A stretch of 64,000 nucleotides of DNA. Origin: an uncultured Verrucomicrobiae bacterium (GTDB lineage: Bacteria > Verrucomicrobiota > Verrucomicrobiia > Opitutales > JABDGR01). The notes beneath the pieces are model-generated. The model did no database searches, was not told the origin of the DNA, and saw only the letters and a program-made list of their open reading frames with translations. Below, in pieces: positions 8,877 through 18,742 of this stretch. The stretch covers positions 64,001-128,000 of the forward strand of contig CAVXVB010000004.1 in assembly GCA_963765205.1 (NCBI GenBank), given 5' to 3'. Position 1 is the first letter of the stretch; each line of letters opens with the position of its first letter. Made by a program: the position numbers and the translations under genes.

Positions 8877-11800
8877 GGCTTGGGTGTTTGCTGGCGTTTC
8901 AGGAAGGAGATAATCTCGTCCATTCTTTGGAGAGGTTGGCGCGTGGTCAAGCGGGGAAAACGGTTGCCGATTTGAACATAATCGGGATATTGACCGCGCC
9001 CGCCGGCCCTTTCGCACTTGAGGCGTGCGCCTTCGGTGGCGACATCCACGATGCCCTTTTGTTCCGCCCAACCACGGATTTCGGCCAGCTTAACCAAGGC
9101 TTGCGCGCTTTTCGGCAATGGGCCAAAGCGGTCGCGCAGAGAGGCGGCCAGCGCGGCGGTCTCAGCGGGCGAGGCGGCCAGCGCCAGGCGGCGGTATTGG
9201 TCCAGGCGCAGGCGCGTGTCGGCGATGTAATCCGCCGGGAGATTGGCGGAAATGGGTGCGAGGTGCTGGCCGGCGAGGTCGGTCTCCTTCAGCGCGGCGT
9301 AGCCGTGGCCGGTGTCGTCGGTGGCGGCGATGGTGATGGGCGGGAGGGTGGCGCCGGCGGCTTCGCCGACGAGGACAAAATCCAGCCGCACTGTCGCGCG
9401 CACGGCGAGCGCGGCGGGTTCGCCCTTGAGGCGGGCGATGCTCTGGCGCAGCAACTGGCAATATAAATCAAGGCCCACGCCGGCGATGTGGCCGCTTTGT
9501 TCCGCGCCGAGGAGGTTGCCCGCGCCGCGCAGTTCGAGGTCGCGCATCGCGAGGCGGAAGCCCGCGCCAGGCTGCGTGAATTGGCGGATGGCGGCGAGGC
9601 GGTGGCGCGCCTGGTCGAGCAGCCGCGCGTGGCGGTGCAGCAGCAGATACGCGTAGGCCTGCCGGTTGAAGCGCCCGACCCGCCCGCGCAACTGATACAA
9701 CTGCGCCAGCCCAAAGCGGTCCGCGCCTTCGATGATGAGCGTATTACAGTTTGGGATGTCAAGGCCCGACTCGATGATGGTGGTGCAAATCAGCACGTCG
9801 AATTCGCCGGCGACGAAGCGCGTCATGATCGTTTCCAAATCGTCGGCGTCCATCTGCCCGTGGCCGACGCACAGGCGCGCCTCGGGGATGAGTTCGCGGA
9901 GGTGGCGCGCGCAGTCTTCGATGCTCTCGACGCGGTTGTGGAGATAAAAGACCTGGCCGCCGCGCGCCAGCTCGAAGCGGATGGCCTCGCGTACGATTTC
10001 CGGCGAAAAACTTTTCACGATGGTTTCGATGGGCAGGCGGTCGCGTGGCGGCGTCTCGATGACGCTGAGGTCGCGCGCGCTGACGAGCGCGAAGTAGAGC
10101 GTGCGCGGGATGGGCGTCGCGCTCATCGCCAGCACATGCACGTCGGCGCGGAGCTGCTTGAGTTTTTCCTTGTGGCGCACGCCGAAGCGGTGCTCCTCGT
10201 CAATGATGACCAGGCCCAGGTCCTTGAATTTCACGTCCGTGCCAAAGAGACGGTGCGTGCCGATGACGATGTCGAGCTGGCCGGAGCCAAGTTGCGCGAC
10301 GACTTGCTTTTGCTGCTTCGGCGAGCGGAAGCGGCTGAGTTGCTCGACGGCCACCGGAAAGGGCGCGAGCCGCTCGCGAAATGTGTTCAGGTGCTGCTGC
10401 ACGAGCACCGTCGTCGGCGCGAGGACGACGACTTGCTTGCCGCCGAGCACGGCCTTGAACGCGGCGCGCAGCGCGACCTCCGTCTTGCCGAAGCCCACGT
10501 CGCCGCACAGCAGGCGGTCCATCGGGCGGCCGCGTTCGAGGTCGCTCTTGGTCTCGGTGATGGCGCGAGCCTGGTCGGGCGTTTCCTCGTGGGGAAAGGC
10601 GTCCTCGAATTCGTGCTGCCAGGCGGCATCGGGCGGGAAGGCGAAGCCCGGGCGCTGGTCGCGCTCGGCCTGCACGCGCAGCAGTTGCGCGGCGAAATCG
10701 AGCGTGGCGCGCTCGGCCTCGTGTCGCGTTTTTTCCCACTGGCGGCCGCCGACCTTGCCCAGCCGGGGCGCGATTTTCGCCAGGCCGACGTAGCGCGAGA
10801 GCAGGTGCGACTCGTGCAGCGGCAGGTGCAGTTCCACCCCGTCCGCGAATTCGAGTGAAATGACTTCGTCCTGGCGACCCGCCGTGGCGAGTTTGCGCAG
10901 CCCGCGAAACCGGCACACGCCGTGCGTGACGTGGACGAGGTGGTCGCCCTCGACGATTTCGGAAAAATCAAGCAACTGGTCCACCCGGTGGCGCTGGGGC
11001 AACTGGCGCGTGCGGAACGTGGCGACGCGCTGGCGGTGCCGCCCAAAAATTTCGCCTTCCGCCACCACCGCCACGGCTTGGTTTTTTTTCAGCAGCGGCC
11101 AGTCGAGCCGCGCGTTGGTTTTCGGCGGAGGAAACCGGCCGCGAGGCTGCCGGTTAAAATTTTCGGCGCGAAACCTTTGAGCGAGGAATCTTCCGCGAGA
11201 ATTTCCCGCAGCCGCCCGGCTTCACCCTCGGCGTGCGTGACGATGAACACGGCGGTGCCCGCGCGCGCCCATTGCGCGAGCAGGCGCAGGAAAGCGTGCT
11301 GCGAGGCCTGGTCGCTTTCGAGCCGCGCGCGGCCCAGCGCCGGCGTATTTGCGAGCGGGCGGTGCGCGAGGGTCGGCTCGGAGTCCACCGGCACGCGGAG
11401 TGAGTCGCTGGCAATCGCGCCGCCTGATTCGTCCAGTTCGGCGAGGCCCGTCCACGCATCATCCGCGTCGGCGCGCGCAGTGAGGATGGTTTGCAGGGTG
11501 GGGTGGGGAGCGGCGAGTTTTTCCGGGACGGAAAAAAGGGCCGGCTGTTCGGCGGCCTGGCGCGCGGGTTCGTGGATGATCCAGTGTGCGCGCGCGGGGA
11601 GAAAATTCAGGAGGCCCGCGGGCGCGCCCTCCTTCATTTCGCGCGGGGCGGGCGCGATGAGGAGTTCGGGCAGGGCCTCGTCGGTGAGTTGCGTAGTGGG
11701 GTCGAAGCGGCGGATGCTTTCCAATTCGTCGCCGAAAAAATCGAGGCGAACGGGCGCAGCGGCGTTGAAGGGGTAAACGTCGAGCAATCCGCCGCGCACC

Positions 11801-12345
11801 GCGTATTGGCCGGGGGTTTCGCACAGCGCTTCATGGTCATAGCCCAGTTCGTGGCCGAGTTTTTCCGCGAGTTCGCGGAAGTTGACGCGCGCGCCCGCCG
11901 CCAGGCGGATTTCCCGCGCGGTCAAATCGCCCGGACGCGGCGCGGGTTGCAACACGGCGGCGAGCGTCGTGACGATGAGCAGCCGGCCACCCACGCTTTT
12001 CGCAGAGGAATTTTTTTCGCGCTGGGAGGCGAGCGCGGCGAGTACGGCGAGCCGGTCGCACTGGCGCTCAAAAGTGCCCGCCACGCCCGCGGCTTCCGCG
12101 CCTTCGCCGGGCAATTCGGGGTAGAGCAAAACCTCCGTGGGCGCAGGGCCGTCGGCGGCGAGGCGCTGGAAAAACGAAATGTCCTCGGCCAGGGCGTCGA
12201 GCTGGCGGGGCAGGCGCGCGAGTGCCAGCGTGACAGGCGCGGGGTGGTCGCGCGCCAACTGTTCGAGAAAGGCGCCCACAGCCGGCCCGGCCACGCCCAC
12301 AAACAGGCGCGGTGCAAATGCTTCCGGCACAAGGACGGGCTTCAT
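8873..12345 (-). CDS. mfd: Transcription-repair coupling factor Mfd, frameshift near 11130
   Basis: UvrB-like N-part ([27 protein letters not shown]), CarD domain, [37 protein letters not shown]; split over two ORFs. Confidence 0.93.
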
Positions 12346-12468
12346 CGGTGGCGGCCGGGAATCTCGGCGAACCATCCAGCATAAACTTCGCACGAAACAT
12401 TGCACGCTTTCTTGCGCACCCGACTCCCCCCTTGAACTGGGTGCGGTTCGCCGCTATCGTTCGAACGC

Positions 12469-14390
12469 TTGCCATTTTTTTCCATCATCACGCCGCTGGC
12501 GCGCTGGCTGGCCGCGCGCCGGGCGGGGGCCGTCGGCTGGTTGGATCCGTTGTCCCTGGCTGCGCTGTTTGGCTTTCTCCTCTGGAAAACCTGGTTGTGC
12601 TGGCCGGATCCGATGGTGGACTTTCCCCGCTACCTTTACCTCCCTTGGCGGATGAGCCAGGGCGCGTTACCCTATCGGGACTTGGTTTGCCTCTACGGGC
12701 CGCTGCCGCTGTTAGTGCAAATGGAAGCGTTTCGCCTGTTCGGGCCGGGGCTGGACGTGATCATCTGGCTGAATATTGCGGTGACGGCGGCATCCTCGCC
12801 CTGCTGCGGGCGATTTTTTGCGCGATCGGGGACCGCCTCAGCGGCTGGCTTTGCGGCGTGGTGTTTGTCGTGGTATTCGCCCTGCCCATGCCGTTTTACC
12901 CGGAAACCATCCGTTCTTTATACAATTATATTACGCCGTATTCTTGTGAGGCCACCTGGGGCTTCGGCGGCGTGCTGCTCGTCCTTTTCGCGCTGCTGCG
13001 GCATGCGGCTTCCGGCCGGCGGTGGTGGCTGTTCGTCGCGGGGATCGGCGTGGGCATAGCATACTTGGATAAAATCGAGCTATTGCTTGCCGCGCTGGGT
13101 GCGCTGGGCCTGTATCTGGGCTTGGCGTTGTTGCAGACGTGGCGGCGAGAACACGGGGTGGGGAATTTTAATGAGCGCCTGGTTCAATTCGCGGGCGGGC
13201 TGGGCTGGATGTCGGCCGGATTTTTGGCGACTTATCTGCCGGTGCTTTTCGTCCTCGCGCGCGCGGGCGGCTGGGCCTATGGCTTCCGCTCCGCCAGCTG
13301 GACGCTCCGAGTGGTGCTCGACCCGGCCTACACCCGCGCCACCTCAACCTATTTTCAGGACATGATGCTGGGCTTCGACCATCCGTGGACGAATTTGCTC
13401 AGCCATTTGCAATGGGGGTTGGTTCTCATCGGGTTTTGCGCGATCGCGATGTGGGCGGGGCGCGGCTGGCGGAAGTCGCAAGAAGCGGGTGAGACCGGCC
13501 AGGGGTATGTCGTCTTGCTGGTGGCTCTTTGCTTCCTGGTTGTTCTCTTGATTCAGTGGTTGGAGATTGGCCGTGCGTTGCTGGTGCCGACGGTGCTGGT
13601 TTTCCTCTTCGCGGTCGGCGGGTCGCTGCGCCGGGCCTGGCAGGGCCGCGCGGGCACCGCCCGCCGGCCCGGCCTCGCGGTAATCGCGACGGCGGCGCTG
13701 CTATTGCTGGCGCGGATGCTATTGAATGTCCGCATTTATAATTACGGATTTTTCCTGAGCTTGCTTGCGGCGCTGCTGCTGGTGCATCTGCTGGTTTACG
13801 AACTACCCCGGTGCTTTGGGCGCGAGACAAAGCCTAACGGCCTGCTGCAGATCACCCTGGCCTTCCTGGTCTTGGTGGGCGCGGCCCAATTGGGCCGGCT
13901 GTCGTTGGCGAACTACGAGCACCGCAGTTTCGCGGTCGGGACAGGGCGGGATCGGTTTTATTCCTACACGCCGGACATCAACGGCGACGGCGCCATGGTC
14001 AACATCATCACCACCGTCATGACGCTACATTTTGCTCAAGTGAAAACGGTCATCGCTTTTCCGGAAAGCGCCGCGGTGAATTATTCCCTGCGCAAAATCA
14101 ACCCCGTGGCCGACTTCCAGTTTACGCCTGATGTGCTCAAAATGGAAGGCGTGGACCGCATCCTGGCCGCGCTGGCCGCCCACCCCCCGGAGGCCGTCGT
14201 GTTTTACGCCCGTGACATGACCGAATACAATATTTCCTATTTCGGGGCTGACGACAATTGCGGCAAAGGCATCGTGGCCTGGGTGGAAAACAATTACCGG
14301 CTGGCCTTTGTCTATGGAGAGACCAAGTTCTCCCCCACCGGTCATGACATTGATATTTTTATCCACCGGGCTCCGGCGGCCCGGCCCTGA
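12469..14390 (+). CDS. GT-C/ArnT-like multi-TM glycosyltransferase, paralog 1 (1-nt frameshift near 12790)
   Basis: WPDPMVDFPRYLYLPW...YRD...YGPL; one G missing relative to paralog 2 (acggcgg vs acggcggg). Confidence 0.75.
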
Positions 14391-14446
14391 TACCCCGCCG
14401 AGTCCCAACTTGAATTTGCCCTTGTTCGCCATTATTTTCTGGGGGC

Positions 14447-16384
14447 TTGCCATTTTTATCCACCACCACGCCACTCGCGCGCTGGCTGGCCACGCGCTGG
14501 GCCAGGATCGTCGGCTGGCTGGAACCCCTTTCTCTCATCGGGTTGTTTGGCTTTCTCCTGTGGAAAACCTGGCTGCGCTGGCCGGAACCCTTGGTGGACT
14601 TCCCGCGCTATCTGTATGTTCCCTGGCGGATGAGCCAGGGCGCGTTGCTCTACCGGGATTTGGTTTGTGTTTACGGGCCGCTGCCATTGTTGGTTCAGGC
14701 CGCCGGGTTTCGCTTGTGCGGGCCGGGGCTGGATGTGATCGTCTGGCTGAATATAGCCGTGACGGCGGGCATCTTCGCGTTGCTGCGCGCAATTTTCGGC
14801 ACGCTCGGCGACCGCCTCAGCGGTTGGCTCTGCGGCGTCGTGTTTTTGGTGGTTTTTGCGGTGCCGTATTATAGCGATACCATCGGCTCGCTCTACAACT
14901 ACATCGCGCCCTATTCCTGCGAGGCCACCTGGGGCTTCGGTGGCTTGCTGCTGACGATTTACGCGTTGATGCGGCACGCCGCCCGGGACCGGCGTGGGTG
15001 GCTGTTCGTCGCGGGCCTCGGCTTGGGCATCGCCTACCTGGACAAAATCGAGCTGCTGCTTGCGGCGTTGGGCGCGCTGGGCATCTACTGCGGCCTGGCG
15101 TTCCTCCAAGTCTGGCGGCAGGGACCCCGTGGGGGCATCGTTAAAAAAGACCGATTCGCGTTCTTTGCCACGCTGGGCTGGGTGCCGGCCGGTTTTTTGG
15201 CGGCACACCTGCCGGTGTTTCTTTTTTTCGCCAGCGAGGGCGGCTGGGCCTACGGCTTCCGCTCCGCCAACTGGTCGATCCAGGTGATGCTCAATCCCGC
15301 CTACGCCCGAGCCATCACGACGTATTTTCAGGACGCGATGATGGGCTTTGACCACCCGTGGGCCAATTTGCTGAATCATTTGCAATGGGGCCTGGTGCTG
15401 GTCGGGTTCTGCGCCGTCGTGGGCTGGGCGGGGCGCGGCTGGCGGAAGGCGCAGGAGCCCGGTGAAGCCGGCCAGGGGTTCGTGGTGCTGATTTTCGCGC
15501 TCAGTTTCCTGGTCGTGCTCCTGACCGACTGGCTCTCCATTGGCCGCGCCCTGCTGGTGCCCACGGTGCTGACTTTCTTTGTGGCCGTCGGCGCTGCTTT
15601 GCGCCGCGCGTGGCAAGGCCAGGCGGGAACCGCCCGCCAGGCCGGCCTCGCTGTGGTGGCGACGGCGGCGCTGCTGATGCTCGAACGGATGCTGCTCAAT
15701 GTCCGTATTTCGAGTTACGGATTTTTTCTGAGTGTGCTGGCGGCTTTGCTGGTCGTGCATGTTTTGGTTTACGAACTGCCCCGGCGCGGCGGACGCGAAA
15801 CGCCGCCCAACAATCTCCTGCAAATCACCCTGACCCTGCTCGTGCTCGCCGGCACGGCGCAATTGGGCCGGCAGTCGCTGCTCAATTTCGAGCATCGGAG
15901 TTACCCGGTCGGGACGGGGCGGGATCATTTATACTCTCTCACCCCGGACATCAACGGCAACGGCGCGATGCTCAATATCGTCGTCGAGATCATCCAACAG
16001 CATTTCGCCCAGGTGAAAACGGTCGTGGCTTTTCCGGAAAGCGCGGCCGTGGACTATCACCTGCGCAAAATTGACCCCCTGCCCGACTTTCAGTTCACTC
16101 CCGATGTGCTGCTCATGGCCGGCCCCGATAAAATTCTGGCCGAACTGGCCGCGCACCCCCCCGACGCCGTCGTGTATTGCGCCCGCAAATTGAGTGAATA
16201 CGACGCCGCCTATTTCGGCGCCGACGAAAAAAGCGGGAAGGGCATCGTGGACTGGGTGCAAAGCAATTACACGCCGGTTTTTGCCTATGGGCCAACCCCG
16301 TTTTCCACCACCGGCCACGCCGTGGATATTTTTCTGCGCCGGGACCTGGTGACGCCGCCCGCCCCACCCGCAAATTCCAAGTGA
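14447..16384 (+). CDS. GT-C/ArnT-like multi-TM glycosyltransferase, paralog 2
   Basis: 645-aa polytopic ORF colinear with paralog 1. Confidence 0.8.
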   Translation: MPFLSTTTPLARWLATRWARIVGWLEPLSLIGLFGFLLWKTWLRWPEPLVDFPRYLYVPWRMSQGALLYRDLVCVYGPLPLLVQAAGFRLCGPGLDVIVWLNIAVTAGIFALLRAIFGTLGDRLSGWLCGVVFLVVFAVPYYSDTIGSLYNYIAPYSCEATWGFGGLLLTIYALMRHAARDRRGWLFVAGLGLGIAYLDKIELLLAALGALGIYCGLAFLQVWRQGPRGGIVKKDRFAFFATLGWVPAGFLAAHLPVFLFFASEGGWAYGFRSANWSIQVMLNPAYARAITTYFQDAMMGFDHPWANLLNHLQWGLVLVGFCAVVGWAGRGWRKAQEPGEAGQGFVVLIFALSFLVVLLTDWLSIGRALLVPTVLTFFVAVGAALRRAWQGQAGTARQAGLAVVATAALLMLERMLLNVRISSYGFFLSVLAALLVVHVLVYELPRRGGRETPPNNLLQITLTLLVLAGTAQLGRQSLLNFEHRSYPVGTGRDHLYSLTPDINGNGAMLNIVVEIIQQHFAQVKTVVAFPESAAVDYHLRKIDPLPDFQFTPDVLLMAGPDKILAELAAHPPDAVVYCARKLSEYDAAYFGADEKSGKGIVDWVQSNYTPVFAYGPTPFSTTGHAVDIFLRRDLVTPPAPPANSK

Positions 16385-16438
16385 CAATACGGCAACGCTG
16401 AACATTCTGCGTTGAGGGATGGGCCAAGCCGGTGTTGC

Positions 16439-17212
16439 ATGGCGGCCATCCCCGCCTTCCCTTTCCAGATTTTGAGTTTGGCTGCGGCGGACGCGCCGGG
16501 CTTCCGGGCGTTCACGGCGACGCATTACTTGGTGGTCGCCGGGACTGCGGCGGCGGCGGCGGGGATCGCTTGGATGGGAATTTATTTGCGCTGCGCGCAC
16601 GGGGCGGGCGCGCAGCAGTGGTGGCGGCGGGCGCTCGCGTGCTTTTGCCTGGGGGTGTACGCGGCCTACCAGATTTGGTTATGGCGGCCGGAAAATTTTA
16701 AGTGGACCGTGAGTCTGCCGCTGGAGTTTTGCGATATGGCGCTGCTGGTGGCCGCGGGGGTGATGCTAACCGGAACGCGGTGGTTGCGCGGACTGCTGTA
16801 TTTTTGGGCCTGCGTGTTTGTGATCCAGGCGTTTCTGACACCGGTGCTGCAAAAAGGGCCGGCGACGGTGGATTTCTGGCTGTTCTGGCTGGCGCACGGG
16901 GCGATTGCCTGCGCCGCGGTTTACGATCTCGTGGTGGGGAAGTTCCGCCCCAGCTTTGCCGATGCCGTGCGCAGCTACGTGATTTCGATTTTCTACTCGG
17001 TGGTGCTGCTGGTGCTCGATAATTTGACGGGGTGGAACTACGGCTACGTCGGTCCGGCCAAGCCGGGGGCGCCGACGTTGCTCGACGCGCTCGGCGGCTA
17101 TCCCCTGCGCCTGTTGTGGATGGCGCTTTTGACGGCGGCGGGGTTTGCGCTCGTGTGGCTACCGTGGGCGCGGCAGCAAAGGAGCAGAGGAGCAAAGGGG
17201 CAGAGGCACTGA
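16439..17212 (+). CDS. YwaF/TIGR02206-like integral membrane protein
   Basis: LPLEFCD, IQAFLTP, FWLAHG, NYGY...P...TLLD.LG.YP. Confidence 0.85.
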   Translation: MAAIPAFPFQILSLAAADAPGFRAFTATHYLVVAGTAAAAAGIAWMGIYLRCAHGAGAQQWWRRALACFCLGVYAAYQIWLWRPENFKWTVSLPLEFCDMALLVAAGVMLTGTRWLRGLLYFWACVFVIQAFLTPVLQKGPATVDFWLFWLAHGAIACAAVYDLVVGKFRPSFADAVRSYVISIFYSVVLLVLDNLTGWNYGYVGPAKPGAPTLLDALGGYPLRLLWMALLTAAGFALVWLPWARQQRSRGAKGQRH

Positions 17213-17408
17213 GGCGCTAAGAATGGTTTGTAAGAACGCTCAACGTTTAACATTTAACGTTCAACGCTTAAGTGCCAAAAACCGGAATGGCGGTTGCATG
17301 CGCCTGTTTGGCATCGTTCTGGTTATAAAATTGCGGCGAATTTATGTTGATAAAAATTTGCCGGCTGGCCCTTATTGAAAATAATAACAGTGATTTCGGG
17401 AATTAACC

Positions 17409-18323
17409 ATGAATGCCGATACACCAGCACCGATGACTTGGAGGCCCCCGCGGCGCCTTTTTTGGGTGGGTTTTGTTGGCAGCCTTCTTTTTTCAACAAT
17501 ATTGATTGAATTCACCCTAAGCATTTTCCACCCGGCATGGAGATGGGCTGAAAAATGGCCTCCCGATTTCGTCGACCTCATTGTTTCATACTGTTGCTTC
17601 GGAGGCGGAACGATGATGTTTCTTTGTATGCTACGAATAGGATTGGTGAGCGCCTTAAGCATTAAGGCTGGCCAAATCGAATTACGCACATTCAGCAAGC
17701 GACAGGTGATCAAGCTGGACGAAATCGAACAGATTTTTTGGCGCAGTCCGCCTCATATATGGGATCCTTTCAAAAAGGAAATGCGGCTTAGACTAACAAA
17801 GCCATTTATGGTGGAAGTTTCCGGACATGGAAAACACGCCAGTATTAATCTCGGCATCTTCTCACCGAAAGACAAGCAAGCCATCATTCAAATTATCCGG
17901 AATTTATTCATCAATCGGCCCCAGCTTGGATGGGATGAGTTTGTCCAAGCTCGGGAAAAAACCAGACTGCTGATGGAGCTAGAGAAGCATCGGCGAGCGC
18001 AACCTGTGCCCAATAGCGAGACCCGGTTGTTAATCATGGCCTGCGCGGCTTTGATTTGGAGCATCCTCGCCTGGGCTGTCCGCTCACCTTTATTTCATGG
18101 AGTGGAATGGTTCGGGATGGCCGGCTTTCCTCGCTTAATCCAGATCATGCTCACTTACGGGGCCATGTTTGGCGCTTCCATGCTGCTGCTGAGCTTGTGG
18201 GAAATAATCAAGTATCAAACCACCAAACGGACGCTGCTGGCGCTGGCATTTTCAATTGTCGGCACCGTAATGTCAGTAATGGCAATTTGGCTTATTGTGG
18301 AAGAGACTGTAAAACGCCGTTGA
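17409..18323 (+). CDS. AT-rich hypothetical membrane protein
   Basis: 304-aa ORF with ~5 TM segments and lower GC than flanks. Confidence 0.75.
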   Translation: MNADTPAPMTWRPPRRLFWVGFVGSLLFSTILIEFTLSIFHPAWRWAEKWPPDFVDLIVSYCCFGGGTMMFLCMLRIGLVSALSIKAGQIELRTFSKRQVIKLDEIEQIFWRSPPHIWDPFKKEMRLRLTKPFMVEVSGHGKHASINLGIFSPKDKQAIIQIIRNLFINRPQLGWDEFVQAREKTRLLMELEKHRRAQPVPNSETRLLIMACAALIWSILAWAVRSPLFHGVEWFGMAGFPRLIQIMLTYGAMFGASMLLLSLWEIIKYQTTKRTLLALAFSIVGTVMSVMAIWLIVEETVKRR

Positions 18324-18650
18324 GTTTGGGAACAAAAACCGGAGGTTTGGGAAAAATCGTAAAATGCGCAAGGTTCAAAATGGGCGAAAAAGAGCGGTCT
18401 TAACGCGCGCTGCAAGGGCGTTTAAGGGGGTGGTGGGCGGGGGTTTAAGCCGGGCGTCGACGGGCTGTCAAGCCAGGGTTTGGTTCGAGATGAGCAGTTC
18501 GGTGGTCGGGGTGGGCTTGCGCGCGTGCCTGGCCTGATTGCCGCCCAGGATGTAGCGGACTTGCAGTTCGCGCAGGTGGCAGCCGGCGAAGAGGGCGCGG
18601 ATGTCCGGGCGGTCGTTGATCGAGAGCACCCACGCGCCGAGGCCCAGAGA
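18308..18650 (-). mobile_element. Putative Mu-like prophage end remnant
   Basis: TGT terminus at 18308, GTTTGGGAA repeated at 18324 and 18345, adjacent dam fragment. Confidence 0.5.
18468..18650 (-). pseudogene. C-terminal fragment of a Dam/D12-class DNA adenine methyltransferase
   Basis: Frame not in the ORF track: WVLSINDRPDIRALFAGCHLRELQVRY...TELLISN*; no N-terminal part. Confidence 0.75.
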
Positions 18651-18742
18651 GGGTCAGGCTGCACCTTATTACCTTGCCTTGCCGAGCCATTTTGATTCGA
18701 CCATGCCCGCTGATCTCAACAAACGCATTTCCGCGCCGGACC

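Noticed and set aside
11081..11135. Programmed frameshift in mfd at the A8 run
   Set aside because: The downstream frame is already open upstream of the run ([17 protein letters not shown]), so the break is probably near 11130; many similar indels suggest sequencing error
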